A stretch of 44,709 nt of DNA. Origin: Octopus bimaculoides. Its lineage: Eukaryota. The DNA lies in assembly GCF_001194135.2 (NCBI RefSeq), contig NC_068983.1:43227417-43272125 (forward strand), in the 5' to 3' direction. The position numbers and the translations under genes are program-made. The notes beneath the pieces were generated by a model. That model was not told where the DNA came from. It saw nothing but the letters and a program-made list of their open reading frames with translations, and made no database searches. Each line of letters begins with the position of its first letter. Positions within the stretch are counted from its first letter, which is position 1. This document shows, piece after piece, positions 33,312 to 44,480 of the stretch.

Positions 33312-33373
33312 ATCTACATCACTTTTTTATATTCTGTACAGTTCTCCCTTAGAAAACATTTTATCTAATAGAA

Positions 33374-33540
33374 TTAGCGTAGCTAGAGTGTGTGCCACCC
33401 AGTGTGGCTCCTCCATTTGTTGTCCCCAGACCCCGCAAAAAAAAAAAACACATTGCCTACGGCAGATCCAAAAATGGTGTCCCTTTAAAAGTGCCACCCA
33501 GGGTGGACCACCTCCACCGCTCTCCCCTAGTTATGTTAGT
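33374..33540. mobile_element. Probable degenerate MITE
   Basis: Ends gcgtagctag / ctagttatgt; internal direct repeat gtgccacccag. Confidence 0.4.
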
Positions 33541-33699
33541 GTTTAATAGTGATCTCAAAAATAACCAATATAGTGAGTGGTGAGTACCATAGATCAAGTA
33601 TTAAACTCTCTCTCTCTCTCTCTCTCTCAACCCTCTCTCTTTTACTTCCTCTTCCTCCTCCTCCCTTCTTTCTCCCTTCCTCCTCCTCCTCACCACCAC

Positions 33700-33900
33700 C
33701 ACCATCATCATCATTTAATGTCCATTTTCCATGCTGGCATGAGTTGGATGGTTTAACATGAGCTGGAAAGCTTGGAGAGCTACACCAGACTCTAGTCATC
33801 TGTTTTGGCATGGTTTCTACAGGACTGGATACCCTTCCTAATGCCAACCGCTTTGCAGAGTGTACTGGGTGCATTTTATGTGGTGCCAGCCCAGATGCTT
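33700..33900 (-). mobile_element. RTE-family 3' tail
   Basis: (ATC)n plus tttaatgtccattttccatgctggcatgagttgg... Confidence 0.75.
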
Positions 33901-34620
33901 TTTACATGGTGCCCCTCTCTTTTAATTTGCTAATCTGGTAACTTACATTATTGTGAAAGATAATGTTTCTGTCATAATTACCCATGGTGCTTATCTTTTG
34001 AAAATATCCTCCTAAATCATATCAATACCAAACTAAAAGACATTATTAAATAAGAGTAGGTGCACACGGAGCAATGAAACTGTTCTGCATGCTCTTGTAC
34101 AGCGTCTGCGCATTGCTGATTTGTGGAGCTTCATAGGAGGGGAGTAGGGGCGGATGGGGGGAGGGGAGGAGGAGGAGGATGTTGAAGATGATGAATGGTC
34201 TTTGCTCAACACTGACTTGAGTGTAATTAACAACAACAAAAACAAAAATGAAAAGAGAGTTCTAGAAACTCCAGAAAGATTCTTTCTTGATGTTACAAAA
34301 ATTTTAAAAAAGGTGAAACTTTGTGATATTTCAGGGTACTTTCTAGGTTTAACTGGAAAACTGCCAAAAATGTGACATGTACTCTTGTAAAATTATTCCA
34401 CTATCAGCAGCAGCAGTAGTAGTAGCAGTCACCTCATAGATGAAAATAGATCAAGGTTTGCTAAAGAGTGCAGACATAGCAAATTCTTTGTTAAAGTAAC
34501 TAGAACGTTCCAAACTATGTAATCACTTTACTAAACCACCGTGCCACAGAATCAGTGCAGAACATAAGTTTGGAGTTTTAATGGATGCAAAGAATAATCA
34601 AATAAATAAATAAATAATAC

Positions 34621-34658
<38 letters not shown>

Positions 34659-34659
34659 T

Positions 34660-35085
34660 GCTTTCTAATTGATGTATCAATACCAGCAGATGACAATGTT
34701 TCCCTAAAAGAGAGAAACTTTCAAAATACAAAGACCTGGAAATAGAGGTAACTCGAATGTGGAATCTAAAAACAGAAACAATTCCTATCATAGTAGGTGC
34801 CTTAGGTATAATAAAAAAAATATTCAGACAAATACATAACAAAAACACCAGGACTTACAAATATATATAACATACAGAAAATTGCACTACTGGGCACTGC
34901 ACACATCCTATGCACTTTCAATATAGTAACCATAAGAGCATCACAGCAGTTTGCTGTGATGCTCTTATGGTTACTATATTGAAAGTGCATAGGATGTGTG
35001 CAGTGCCCAGTAGTGCATCACAGCAAACTGCGCTCGGTAGTGAAGTGAAAGCACGTTATAAAAATAAAACTACTGAATAATAATA
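34660..35085 (+). mobile_element. R4/Dong-like LINE 3' end between (TAA)n tracts, containing an internal inverted duplication
   Basis: IDVSIPADDNVSLKE..SKYKDLEIEVTRMWNLKTETIPIIVGALG..QKIALLGTAHIL. (TAA)n at about 34610-34655 and 35078-35100. Confidence 0.8.
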
Positions 35086-35101
35086 ATAATAATAATAATA
35101 A

Positions 35102-35494
35102 ATAGACAACACATTAGAAAGTGATAAGTGCAGAATCTGTGGACAAAATGGTGAAACCGTATGGCATATTACCAGCCAATGTACATCACTAGCCCAGAAG
35201 GAATATAAGAGACACCATGACAATATAGCAAAGCTTGACCATTGGACATTTTGCAACAAGTATGGACTTGACAGAGCGAAACCGTGGTTCAAACATAAAC
35301 TCGAAGGTATCGTCGAAAATGATAATGCAAAGATCCTATGGGATTTTATGATTCAGTGTGACCATGAGATAGAGAATAGGAAGCCAGACATAGTCTTAAA
35401 TGAGAGAGAAAGCAAACTATGCTGGATCATAGATATGGCATGCCCAGCTGACAACAAGGTATGCGATAAGGAAGAAAGAAAAGTTGAGAGATAT
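35102..35494 (+). mobile_element. R4/Dong-like CCHC knuckle and PD-(D/E)xK REL endonuclease fragment, stop-free over about 130 codons
   Basis: IDNTLESDKCRICGQNGETVWHITSQC...KILWDFMIQCDHEIENRKPDIVL...WIIDMACPADNKVCDKEERKVERY. Confidence 0.88.
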
Positions 35495-35714
35495 CTGTTA
35501 GATTAATAATGAAAATTTTAGTAAATTCTTCATTATTTTAAAGTTTAATTGAAACAAAGGCAATGTATTTTAACAGAAAAATAGCAATGAAAGTGTTAAT
35601 CGGAATTTATATTTGTGTGTTTTTGCAAAAGTTGTAGTCATATTAAGCATAACAGGTGCCAATTAAAGACAGGTAAGAAAATGTTCTCACAAATAGGGGT
35701 TTGTTTTTGTCACA

Positions 35715-36045
35715 TATGGCTCAGTGGTTAGAACATCAGGCTCATAATCATGGGGTAGTGAGTTTGATTCATGGACTGAGCAGTGTGTCATGTTCTTGAG
35801 CAAGACACTTTATTTTACATTGCTCCAGTTTAGTAGGCTGTGGGAATGAGTTGCAACATCACTGGTGCCAAGCTGTATTGGCCGCTTTGCTTTTCCCCTT
35901 GGATAACATTGGTGGGATGGTGAGGGAAATTTGGTATGCATGGGAGACTGCTGATCTTCCATAAACAACCTGCCCAGACTTGCACCTTGGAGGGGAACTT
36001 TCTAGGAGCAGTCCCATAATCATTCATGATTGAAGGGGTTCTTTA
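35715..36045 (+). mobile_element. tRNA-derived SINE
   Basis: tggctcagtggttagaacatcagg...gagtttgattc...ttcttgagcaagacactttattttacattgctccag; same family as 44290-44480. Confidence 0.75.
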
Positions 36046-36934
36046 CCTTCTTTAAAATCACATCACACTGTAAAACTCCATGTATAATATGTTATTTATT
36101 GTCAACCAAAATCATCAATAAGATTAGAAGGTGTGTATAATACATGGTATTAGGCAACAGAGTTTCTCATTCAAAGCATTGTGAGCGGGTTTGGCAAGTG
36201 ATATGATAAGAGACTGTGTTGAAACTAAAGCAATTACAGTGAGGCAGACATGTGTTAGCCTTTCAAAAACACACAAAAACTGTCACCTTCAGTTAATCAT
36301 TTATTATTTCACATCAAAAGTTTTCATCACACAATTTGCAACCTGGTCACTGACACAGCTCAAATATAACTGGTCTGAGACAAGATTGTTGGCCAGTATA
36401 CACATGGCCTCAGGGTTTTAAATACGAAGCTTTCTCTCTCATCTACATAAGTCAGTCATTCTTGTTGTAATCACCTGGTCTTCTTTATTAGTCTTGTATG
36501 CTTTAGAATGGCTAAAATGAAACTTCCATGCTGTAATTACATTTTTGTATTATTTTAAATTAATTGATTTTATACAAAATATAAAATTGAAAAACTAATA
36601 TATAGGTTTATAATAGCTTATAAATACTCTTATATTGCCCTCTAGCAAAACACAGTAAAATAAGATAATTACGAAAGAACTAAAAAAATTATCCTAATTT
36701 TTTTCACCTTAATCGCTTGTCATAGGTTGCTGTATAATGAAAAGTTAAATATTTTCCAAGATCATATCTCTGGTATGTATGCGACATGGACTAAGAAACT
36801 CAAATGTGCACTGAATTGACTTATTGTGTTCTGTCAGAGGGTGGCAGTGCAGCAGTTGTACAGTGTTGTGTATTATACATAATATTATAAGGCTCTCCCC
36901 CCAACTGCCAATTAAGATGCATTTTTAAAAAATT

Positions 36935-37345
36935 CTTTTTATTTGTTTCAGTCATTTGACTGTGGCCATGTTGGAGCACCGCCTTTAGTCAAATAAATCG
37001 ATCCTGGGACTTAATCTTTGTAAGCCTAGTACTTATTCTATCGGTCTCTTTTGCCGAACTGCTAAGTTATGGGGACATAAACACACCAACATCGGTTGTC
37101 AAGTGATGATGGGGGACAAACACTGATGCACAAACATATACATAGCTCTCTCACTTTCTCTCTATATATATATTATACAATGGGCTTCTTTCAATTTCCA
37201 TCTACCAAATCCACTCACAAGGCTTTGGTTAGCCTGAGGCTTTAGTAGAAAACACTTGCCCAAGATGCCACACAGTGGAATTGAACCCAGAATCATGTGG
37301 TTGGGAAGCAAGCTACTTACCACACAGCCGCTTTTGCGCCTATGC
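36935..37345 (-). mobile_element. Near full-length third-family SINE with internal (TA)/(TC) microsatellite
   Basis: Head (37185-37345) and 3' half (36935-37140) are contiguous, which shows that the two fragment types seen elsewhere belong to one element. Confidence 0.85.
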
Positions 37346-37760
37346 ATGAACTTTTACAGTGATTGAGTTACAGCTTTGTAATATTGATTTTTAATTTTGA
37401 TGATATTTTATCTGACTATTGAATATTGATATTTAATAGTCAAATAGACAGATATATGGATTCTGATATATGCAGACAAACTAGATTGAATTGAAATGTA
37501 TTCTTTTCCCATAAGGCATATTAAAACTTCCTTGGCTAGCTAGAAATAACAGCAAACATTCCTCAAGCCATACCCTATGGCTTAAAAAGAAAGGGAAGAA
37601 CTATTGTGTTATAGTACTAAACACATATACAATCAGAGAAAAGAAAATGATTACATGGTCACAGTTGGAACAAAATTAAATTGAGGTTTGCTTGACTTAG
37701 GGTTAAATAACAACAGCAACACCACCAACAACGACAACAGTAAGAATTCTAAAGGCTTAC

Positions 37761-37951
37761 TTTCCAATCCACCACTGAGATCCTGTCGAATTTTTATCTC
37801 TTCAGTGTTTGATGTTACCAACAAACTAGACATTTCTTTCTCAACTTCATCGAGTTTCCCCTTTTGTAACAAATACCGTGGACTTTCAGGTAACCAGATG
37901 AACCCCACAAATTGGATGACTGATGGGATCAAGGCAAATCCCATTAAATAT
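37761..37951 (-). CDS. SLC2A13-like: HMIT-like exon (TM6 and PESPR motif)
   Basis: Acceptor ttgcAG, donor GTaagc, 191 nt. Translates YLMGFALIPSVIQFVGFIWLPESPRYLLQKGKLDEVEKEMSSLLVTSNTEEIKIRQDLSGGLE. Confidence 0.96.
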
Positions 37952-38544
37952 CTGCAAAGAAATATAGATGTGAAAACGATCAAAGAATATATCTTTGGCA
38001 AATACAGTGTTACTATTTTAAATCTCAGATGAAATAAAAGAGGAGACTGGATTCAAAAGTAATAAATGGCATGAAATGTGATTAAGTTCATCATCAGTTT
38101 GAAGGCATTTCCTGCCATATCAGTGGATGAAGGGTCTAGAAGATTTTCTATGAAAGAATACACAGTGATAATTTCTCATTGTCCAATCAAGGCTATAAAA
38201 AGGAACTGGACACAATAACCAAGCTCTGTATACTTACAGTGCTCTTGCAGCATACAACACTGACCTGTGCCTACAAATGAAGCCTATTAACAATAAAAAG
38301 AAGTGAGCCAGTGGGATCTGCGACAGATTGTGATGGCAGTGTATGACCATTGGTGAGTCAACTTATATCTTCACTGTTGAACAACTGAGGGAATGTCTGG
38401 GATAACAAGAGAGTCTTTAAGTGGTTAACATACTAGAACTAGTAGTTAAAATTCCCTCAAATCATATAGCTTCTTATAAAAGGCAAGGAGACATTAGATA
38501 ATATAATTCTGATAAGAGTCTTCCCTCACAAGCCAATAAGATTT

Positions 38545-39035
38545 GTGCTGTGCTCGAGAAGACCCAGCAAGCCAAGTGAGACCATAACCGTGGCCTATGC
38601 CAGTGCAGCATCACCAGCCCATCTAAGAGTACCCTTCAATCATTGGGCAATAAACTGTGCTTGTTGAGACCTGTTGAGGCAAGAGAAATCATTGTTGTGG
38701 CCGATGGCAGTACCGCCTGATTGCACGTAAAAAACACCATTCGAGCATGGTCGTTGCCAGTGCTGCTTGACTGGCCCCTTTGCCAGTGGCACGTAAAAAG
38801 CACCATTTGCGTGTGGCTGATGCCAATACTGCCTGACCAGCCCTCGTGCCAGTGGCATGTAAAAAGCACCTACTACACTCTCAGAGTGGTTGGCATTATG
38901 GAGGGCATCCAGCTGTAGAAACTTTGCCAGATCAGATTGGAGCCTGGTGCAACCTTCTGGCTTTCCAGACCTCAGTCAAACCGTCCAACCCATGCCAGCA
39001 TAGAAAATGGACATTAAACGATGATGATGATGACA
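38545..39035 (+). mobile_element. RTE-like LINE 3' end and UTR
   Basis: gagaagacccagcaagccaagtgag...tggcacgtaaaaagcacc...ggacattaaacgatgatgatgatg. Confidence 0.82.
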
Positions 39036-39054
39036 ATAATAAAACATACCAAGC

Positions 39055-39275
39055 ACAAGGTGACAAACTGGCAGAGTCATTACTGCACCAGACAAAATAC
39101 TAAGGAATATTTCATGTCTTTAAGTTGTGAGTTCAAACTCTGCTGGGGTCAACTTTACCTTTCATGTTTCAGGATTGATAAAATAAAGAACCAGTTGAGC
39201 ATTGGAGTTGATGTAATCGACTTAGCTCCTCTCCTGAAATTGCTGGCCTTGTGCCGAAATTTGAAACCAATATGT
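39055..39275 (+). mobile_element. Second-family SINE; a further head fragment at about 39290-39390
   Basis: Homologous to 2723-2940. Confidence 0.75.
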
Positions 39276-40642
39276 ACCAAATAGTAATAATGCTAAATGA
39301 CATTTTTGCTGAATTCTGACACATGAATATTCTGAGTTCAAAATCAACTGAGGTCAATTTTGATTTTCATCCTTTTTGTGGGGTTGATGAAAGAAGTGAA
39401 GCGATAGCTAGATAGTTGAATGATCTCCCTTGCAAGAAAGATCATAGAGTAACCTCCCTTTCTAAGTTTCTCAAAGCATTTGTGTCATGAGACGTGATTT
39501 TTAATTATTCAAGAAGCCTAGCGTTTCTCTTTTAAGTTTCTAGAATGTCTGGTGTTCCATTTATAAAAACAGCTTGCTAACCCTGCTCTTCGCTTCTTAG
39601 TCAATTAGACGTAGAGCCATTCATGTCATTGCTATGTCTGTCTATTTCTCTGAAAACCACCACTTAGCTGTTATTTCTACATTTTCTATCTGTGAACTTT
39701 CTTGCATAGATTACTTCATTCAACTAGATTCTACATTTTGGTTATGTATCATCATTGACCAGTAAAGAAAATATATTTTTATGTAGTAAATATATAGTTC
39801 TTGAATTTATTCATCTCCTTATGAACTCTTGTAATAATATACATGCAGCCACATCAACACCTTGTACTGACTATATATTCCCACTACAGAAGTACTCTTT
39901 GAATGCTGGTGGGGGTCGATGCAAGCAACTCCTCCATCCTGGCCTGGCACCAGAATTTGAAAGCATTATGTACCGTTGTTTTGTTAATTATTTTAAATGC
40001 CTATGTAGTCACAAGCTTTCATAGGCTCACTTTTGGCCTTTCTACCCTTCACCTAGCAGAACATCGACGGTGCAACAGCTGAGGATTAGACAGCTGCACC
40101 AGCACTCATTTATACTCATTTCAAGTTGAGTAGGCTGGAGTAGTGCTTAAATGAAGTGACTTACTCAAAGAGACATGTTGCCTGGTCCATTTCCTTAAAG
40201 GGACAGGATGGTCACAGCTGGAATGCTTTTGATTGTAGGTCAACTTGACCAATTATTGACAGGTGGATGGGAGTGGTAAACTACAATAGCAACATAAACC
40301 AAAACAGAAGGAATATACACAATGGTGTATTTGATAATCCTCATCATTATCATCAATGTTTAAGGTCTATTTTCCAGGCTGGCATGAGTTGGAGGGTTTC
40401 ACAGGATCAAAAATGTCACCAGACCCAGACTACATTGAGTCTCAATGCCTATTTTGGAATGGTTTCTATGTCAGTTTACTCTTCCAAATGCTAAACAAAT
40501 TTGCGTATGTATGTGTGTTTGTGTATGTGTGTTTGTATGTGTGTATGTGTGTGTGAGTGTGTGAACCTGATTATGAGTATAAATGTATATGTATGCATGC
40601 ATTTATATGTCTGTATATGTGTGTGTACATATATATGGATAC

Positions 40643-40678
<36 letters not shown>

Positions 40679-40679
40679 C

Positions 40680-40990
40680 ACGCATGCCAGCACTGCGTAG
40701 AAGCACCAAGTATACTCTGTAAAGTGGTTGGCATTAGGAAGGGCATCAAGCCATAGAAACCATGCCAAAACAGACTTGGAGCCTGATAGCCCTTCAGCTA
40801 GTCAGCTACTGTCAAACTGTCCAACCCATGCCAGCATGGAAAATGTATGTTAAATGATGATGATGATATATATATATATATATANNNNNNNNNNATCATC
40901 ATCATCATCATTGTTTAACGTCTGCTTTCCATGCTGGCATAGGTTGGATGGTTTGACAGGTCTGTAGAGCCAGAAGGCTGCACCAGGCTC
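40680..40990. mobile_element. Two RTE 3' tails arranged tail-to-tail across a small gap
   Basis: 40680-40865 (+) and 40895-40990 (-) are reverse complements around (GAT)n/(TA)n/N/(ATC)n. Confidence 0.7.
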
Positions 40991-41059
40991 ACGTTTTGTT
41001 TTTGTATATACATGTATGTGTGTGTACATTTGCAAAGGCCATCCATTGCTTGAACTTAC

Positions 41060-41219
41060 CGCCAACTTTCATGTTTTATATAGCTCAAGGCTGCAGCTAA
41101 AAGAACAGAGAAAAACAGACCAAATATTAAAGCAGATTGGTTAAGCACCATAGCATATCCCCTCTGTTTTGATGGACTGCTTTCAGCTAAATACACAGGC
41201 ACTGCCACTGAGGAGAGAC
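41060..41219 (-). CDS. SLC2A13-like: HMIT/SLC2A13-like sugar porter, first exon visible in window (TM4-TM5 region)
   Basis: Acceptor ttccAG, donor GTaagt, 160 nt. Translates (G)LSSVAVPVYLAESSPSKQRGYAMVLNQSALIFGLFFSVLLAAALSYIKHESW(R), with the sugar-porter PVYxAE...RG motif. Phase joins the next exon. Confidence 0.95.
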
Positions 41220-41515
41220 CTGGAAGAAAAAATAGCGGACAATTAGGAATAAATTAATTATAAAAGCAAATAAATATTTAGAAAAAATATAATGTGTCTT
41301 GAATGGCAAAACAATACACTATAATCACAACAATGGACGATAATAACTGTTATAATTTAATTATTCATAGTCTGATATAATAATAATATTTCGAAATCCA
41401 AAAATCCCTTCTTCAGATATTGCTAGGAATTGTAGCAGTGTGATTACGCTCAGATGTGAACAAGAAAATAGTGAAATTCATGACTCAAACTGTTATATTG
41501 AACATGTAATTGTAA

Positions 41516-41830
41516 TTGGCACTCCGTGAATTACGATGGTACGCGTTCCAGTTGATCTGATCAACGGAACAGCCTGCTCGTGAAATTAACATGCAAGTGG
41601 CTGAGCACACCACAGATCTTAGCGTACTTCTCGGGGAGATTCAGCTTGACACAGAATGTGACAAGGCTGGCCCTTTGAACTACAGATACTACTCATTTTT
41701 ACCAGCTCAGCGGACTGGAGCAATGTGAAATAAAGTGTCTTACTCAAGGACACAATGTACCACCAGGAATCGATCTCACAACATTACGATCGTGGGCCGA
41801 ATAACCTAACCACTTAACCACGTGCCTTCT
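41516..41830 (-). mobile_element. tRNA-derived SINE
   Basis: Tail ttggcactcc...cggaacagcctgctcgtgaaattaac shared with the 10175 copy; head ggttaagtggttagg...gatcgattcc. Confidence 0.8.
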
Positions 41831-43048
41831 CACAAATGCGACACTTGTTGATTGACTGTGCGCTTATAACAAGCAGTCGTTGTAACTCATTATAATGTAG
41901 TACGCAAAATAAAATTGCAAAGAACAACGCTAGCCGAAAAACATAGTATTCCATAAAAATGAGAGTAATTATGGAAGCTTGACTAATAGCAAAATACAAG
42001 CTTAAACACACTAATACGTCATGAAATCTACCAGAATCTACCTGCACGAGTTTAAATCTTCTGTTGATGATTTTGACAGTCATAAGATTATTCATAGTAC
42101 TTAAGAATTACGCAATAACATAGCATAGTTCTAAATTTGGCACACATGGTTTTTATCAACCATAAAGTTATTCCCAAGATCTATTGCATCTTATTGCATA
42201 ACACGAACAAAATACCACTATCATCATCACTTCATTTTGAAAAGAGGACTGTGCAGATCTCAAAACTTTGATAGATTAATGGATTTAAGAACAATGTTGG
42301 AAAGCACCTTTAAAAAAGAAATCAAACTTGAAGTAGTTTCTGTCTCAACTTCCTTCCAGTTTTACAAAGTATGTGAAAAAGCAAATTGGCATAATTTTTG
42401 TACATATGTGAAGTTCAGGACGAGGGACATGTGTTGCACCAGACTTTGCTGACGGATATTCAGAAAAGATGTGGAAAATAGCAGGTTCAGGTTGGAGGAA
42501 ACATAAATTTCATAGATTGGTGTACTGAGGAGGTTGTATAGCAAAATAGATGATGAGTGGTAAGAAAGTTGGCAGTGGGAAGGGTACAAGACAGGAGAGT
42601 GTTCAATTTGTAGAGTGCAGTGATAGTTTAAAGTAATCACGCGTAGGATGACATAGAACTAAGCTTCGCTGTCACAACTACAGCTATAGAAATGGAAGGA
42701 CTGTGAGTAGATGACAGTAGATTTGGCTTCGAGAGTAGAACAAGGTAAAATCAAAGCAGCAATGAATCCGGAGGAAAGCATTAGATTATAAAACATGCAG
42801 AAAATAGTTGAAAATTAGTTTTAACAAACAATGATAAATCTCTGAGCGAGATGTAAACAGTAGCAGCACGACATCGTGAAGTATATTTGCCACCTAAATG
42901 TAGATGACCTATATGGGACGATGCTACTGCAGTTTATAGCCCCAGGAAGACATCTCCTTCAGCTGGCTAATGACACACTGTCTGTGCCCTATCAGTATTT
43001 TCAAAGGGAAATCCTCGTTCTCATCTCTAGCCCGACTTGATACACATG

Positions 43049-43081
43049 GACCCGGGTTTCTGAGTAGTAACCCGTCATCAG
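43049..43081 (-). ncRNA. Antisense hammerhead-like motif in the left arm
   Basis: Minus strand reads ctgatga-c-gggt.tact.actc-a-gaaa-cccgg-gtc. Stem II is retained with a G.U pair in place of A-U. Stem I is weaker. Confidence 0.45.
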
Positions 43082-43156
43082 TGCGTGACAATCGAGCTCA
43101 GCGATTTTTTGTCACTGGAAAAAGCATATATATATATTTGCATTGGAATTATCACT

Positions 43157-43242
43157 TCTCATCTCTAGCCGATGATTGCCATGCGCTGATGACGAGTTAT
43201 TACTCAGAAACCCGGGTCTGCACGTCAAACTAGAGATGGGAA
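43157..43242 (+). ncRNA. Type I hammerhead-like motif with extended stem I
   Basis: ctgatga (43186-43192), c-gagt.tatt.actc-a, gaaa (43207-43210), palindromic acccgggt, gtc triplet. Stem I tgcg/tgca, gatg/cgtc, closed by tctcatctctag/ctagagatggga. Confidence 0.55.
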
Positions 43243-44289
43243 CGATTATTTATTTTGCAAATACTGATAGGGCACAGACAGTATGTCATTAGATAGCTGG
43301 AGGAGATGTCTTCCTGGGACTATAAACTACAGTAGCATCGTCCCATATGGGTCAGTTACATTTAGGTGGCAAATATACTTCAGTTTAAACAAAGTTACTG
43401 GAAAACAGTCAGATTTCATTTGTCAACATAAAGAAACCGCTCTTTGAAAACTCGTTTGGAGAAAGATTAGGTAGAAAATGGTAGAAAATAATAGTATACG
43501 CAAATACTAAAAAGAAAGAATTAAAGTAAATAAATAACAAATAAATATAGAAACTGCCTGCATTGAGTAAAGTTTGGTGAATATAGATAACAATTAAAAC
43601 TGTTGCTAAAGGTATAAACAAAATATACAATTGGAAGTTGAGTTAAGAAAGAACAACAATGGAGAGTTAGTCTGTAATAGAGATTAGAATAATAAAAAAA
43701 AGATAGCTGCGAAATCTGACGGTTTTCTACATATTTTAAAGGTTTAGAGTCATATAACGGAGTAATAGATGGGAGCGTGTTTGTAAGTTGATAATAGTTC
43801 AAATCTTAAATGTAAACCTTCAGACAAGACATCTTTTATTTTGCACATATTGCAACCCAATTTTAACCCACAACCTATAGGCATGTACGATGTCGTAGAT
43901 TCTAGCACTGACCAAATGATCTTAAATTTATATACCATTGTCATTCCTTAAGGAACCAAATATACTTGGACAATGGTGTGATGAATTTTCTTTCTGGGTT
44001 AATAAAGATATTTGTGCTGACAAAGGTGATCAATTAATGCATATACAACATAAATAAAAAGTCCCCTGTGTTTTACGCTTTGGGGTTTTACACATAGTCT
44101 GATATTGCATTTTCGCTAAGAGACCTCTGTTCCGTAGAGTTGCGTTTAGTAATAACGAGAAACGCATGTAAAGTTAATGGTGACATATCCACGAACGCCA
44201 GCAGGCCGAAACTTGGAAGTAACTTTCACACCTCTTGTAAAACTTCAGTATACATGTGTGTGTGTGTGTGTGTGTGTGAGTGTGTGTGT

Positions 44290-44480
44290 GAAGACGCATG
44301 GCTCTGTGGTTAGAGCGTCGAGCTTACGATCGTGAGGTTGTGAGATCGATTCCCGGACCGGGCTGTGTGTTGTGTTCTTGAGCAAGACACTTTGTTTCAC
44401 GTTGCTCCAGTTAACTCAGTTAGAAATGAGTTGCGACATCACTGGTGCCAAGCTGTATCTGCCTTTAGCTTATTTCGGCC
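44290..44480 (+). mobile_element. tRNA-derived SINE between (TG)n and (CA)-rich tracts
   Basis: tggctctgtggttagagcgtcgagcttacgatcgtgaggttgtgagatcgattcccggaccggg... Confidence 0.8.

Larger units (their letters stand above)
42877..43382. mobile_element. 506-bp foldback element with about 210-bp imperfect inverted arms, same termini as the 18194 MITE
   Basis: 42877-43093 pairs with 43174-43382. Termini tgaagtatatttgccac / gtggcaaatatacttca. Confidence 0.9.

Noticed and set aside
33945-34245. Candidate TM7 exon (ORF 34033-34245, and an APWVIMTETLSFTIM frame before a GTAAGT)
   Set aside because: No similarity to the QLSGIN motif. The true exon at 27696-27813 fits sequence and phase.
41814-42095. 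93-aa hydrophobic minus-strand ORF as a possible first exon or small membrane protein
   Set aside because: It has no sugar-porter motifs and no suitable splice donor, it runs into a SINE head, and hydrophobicity is expected from AT-rich sequence.
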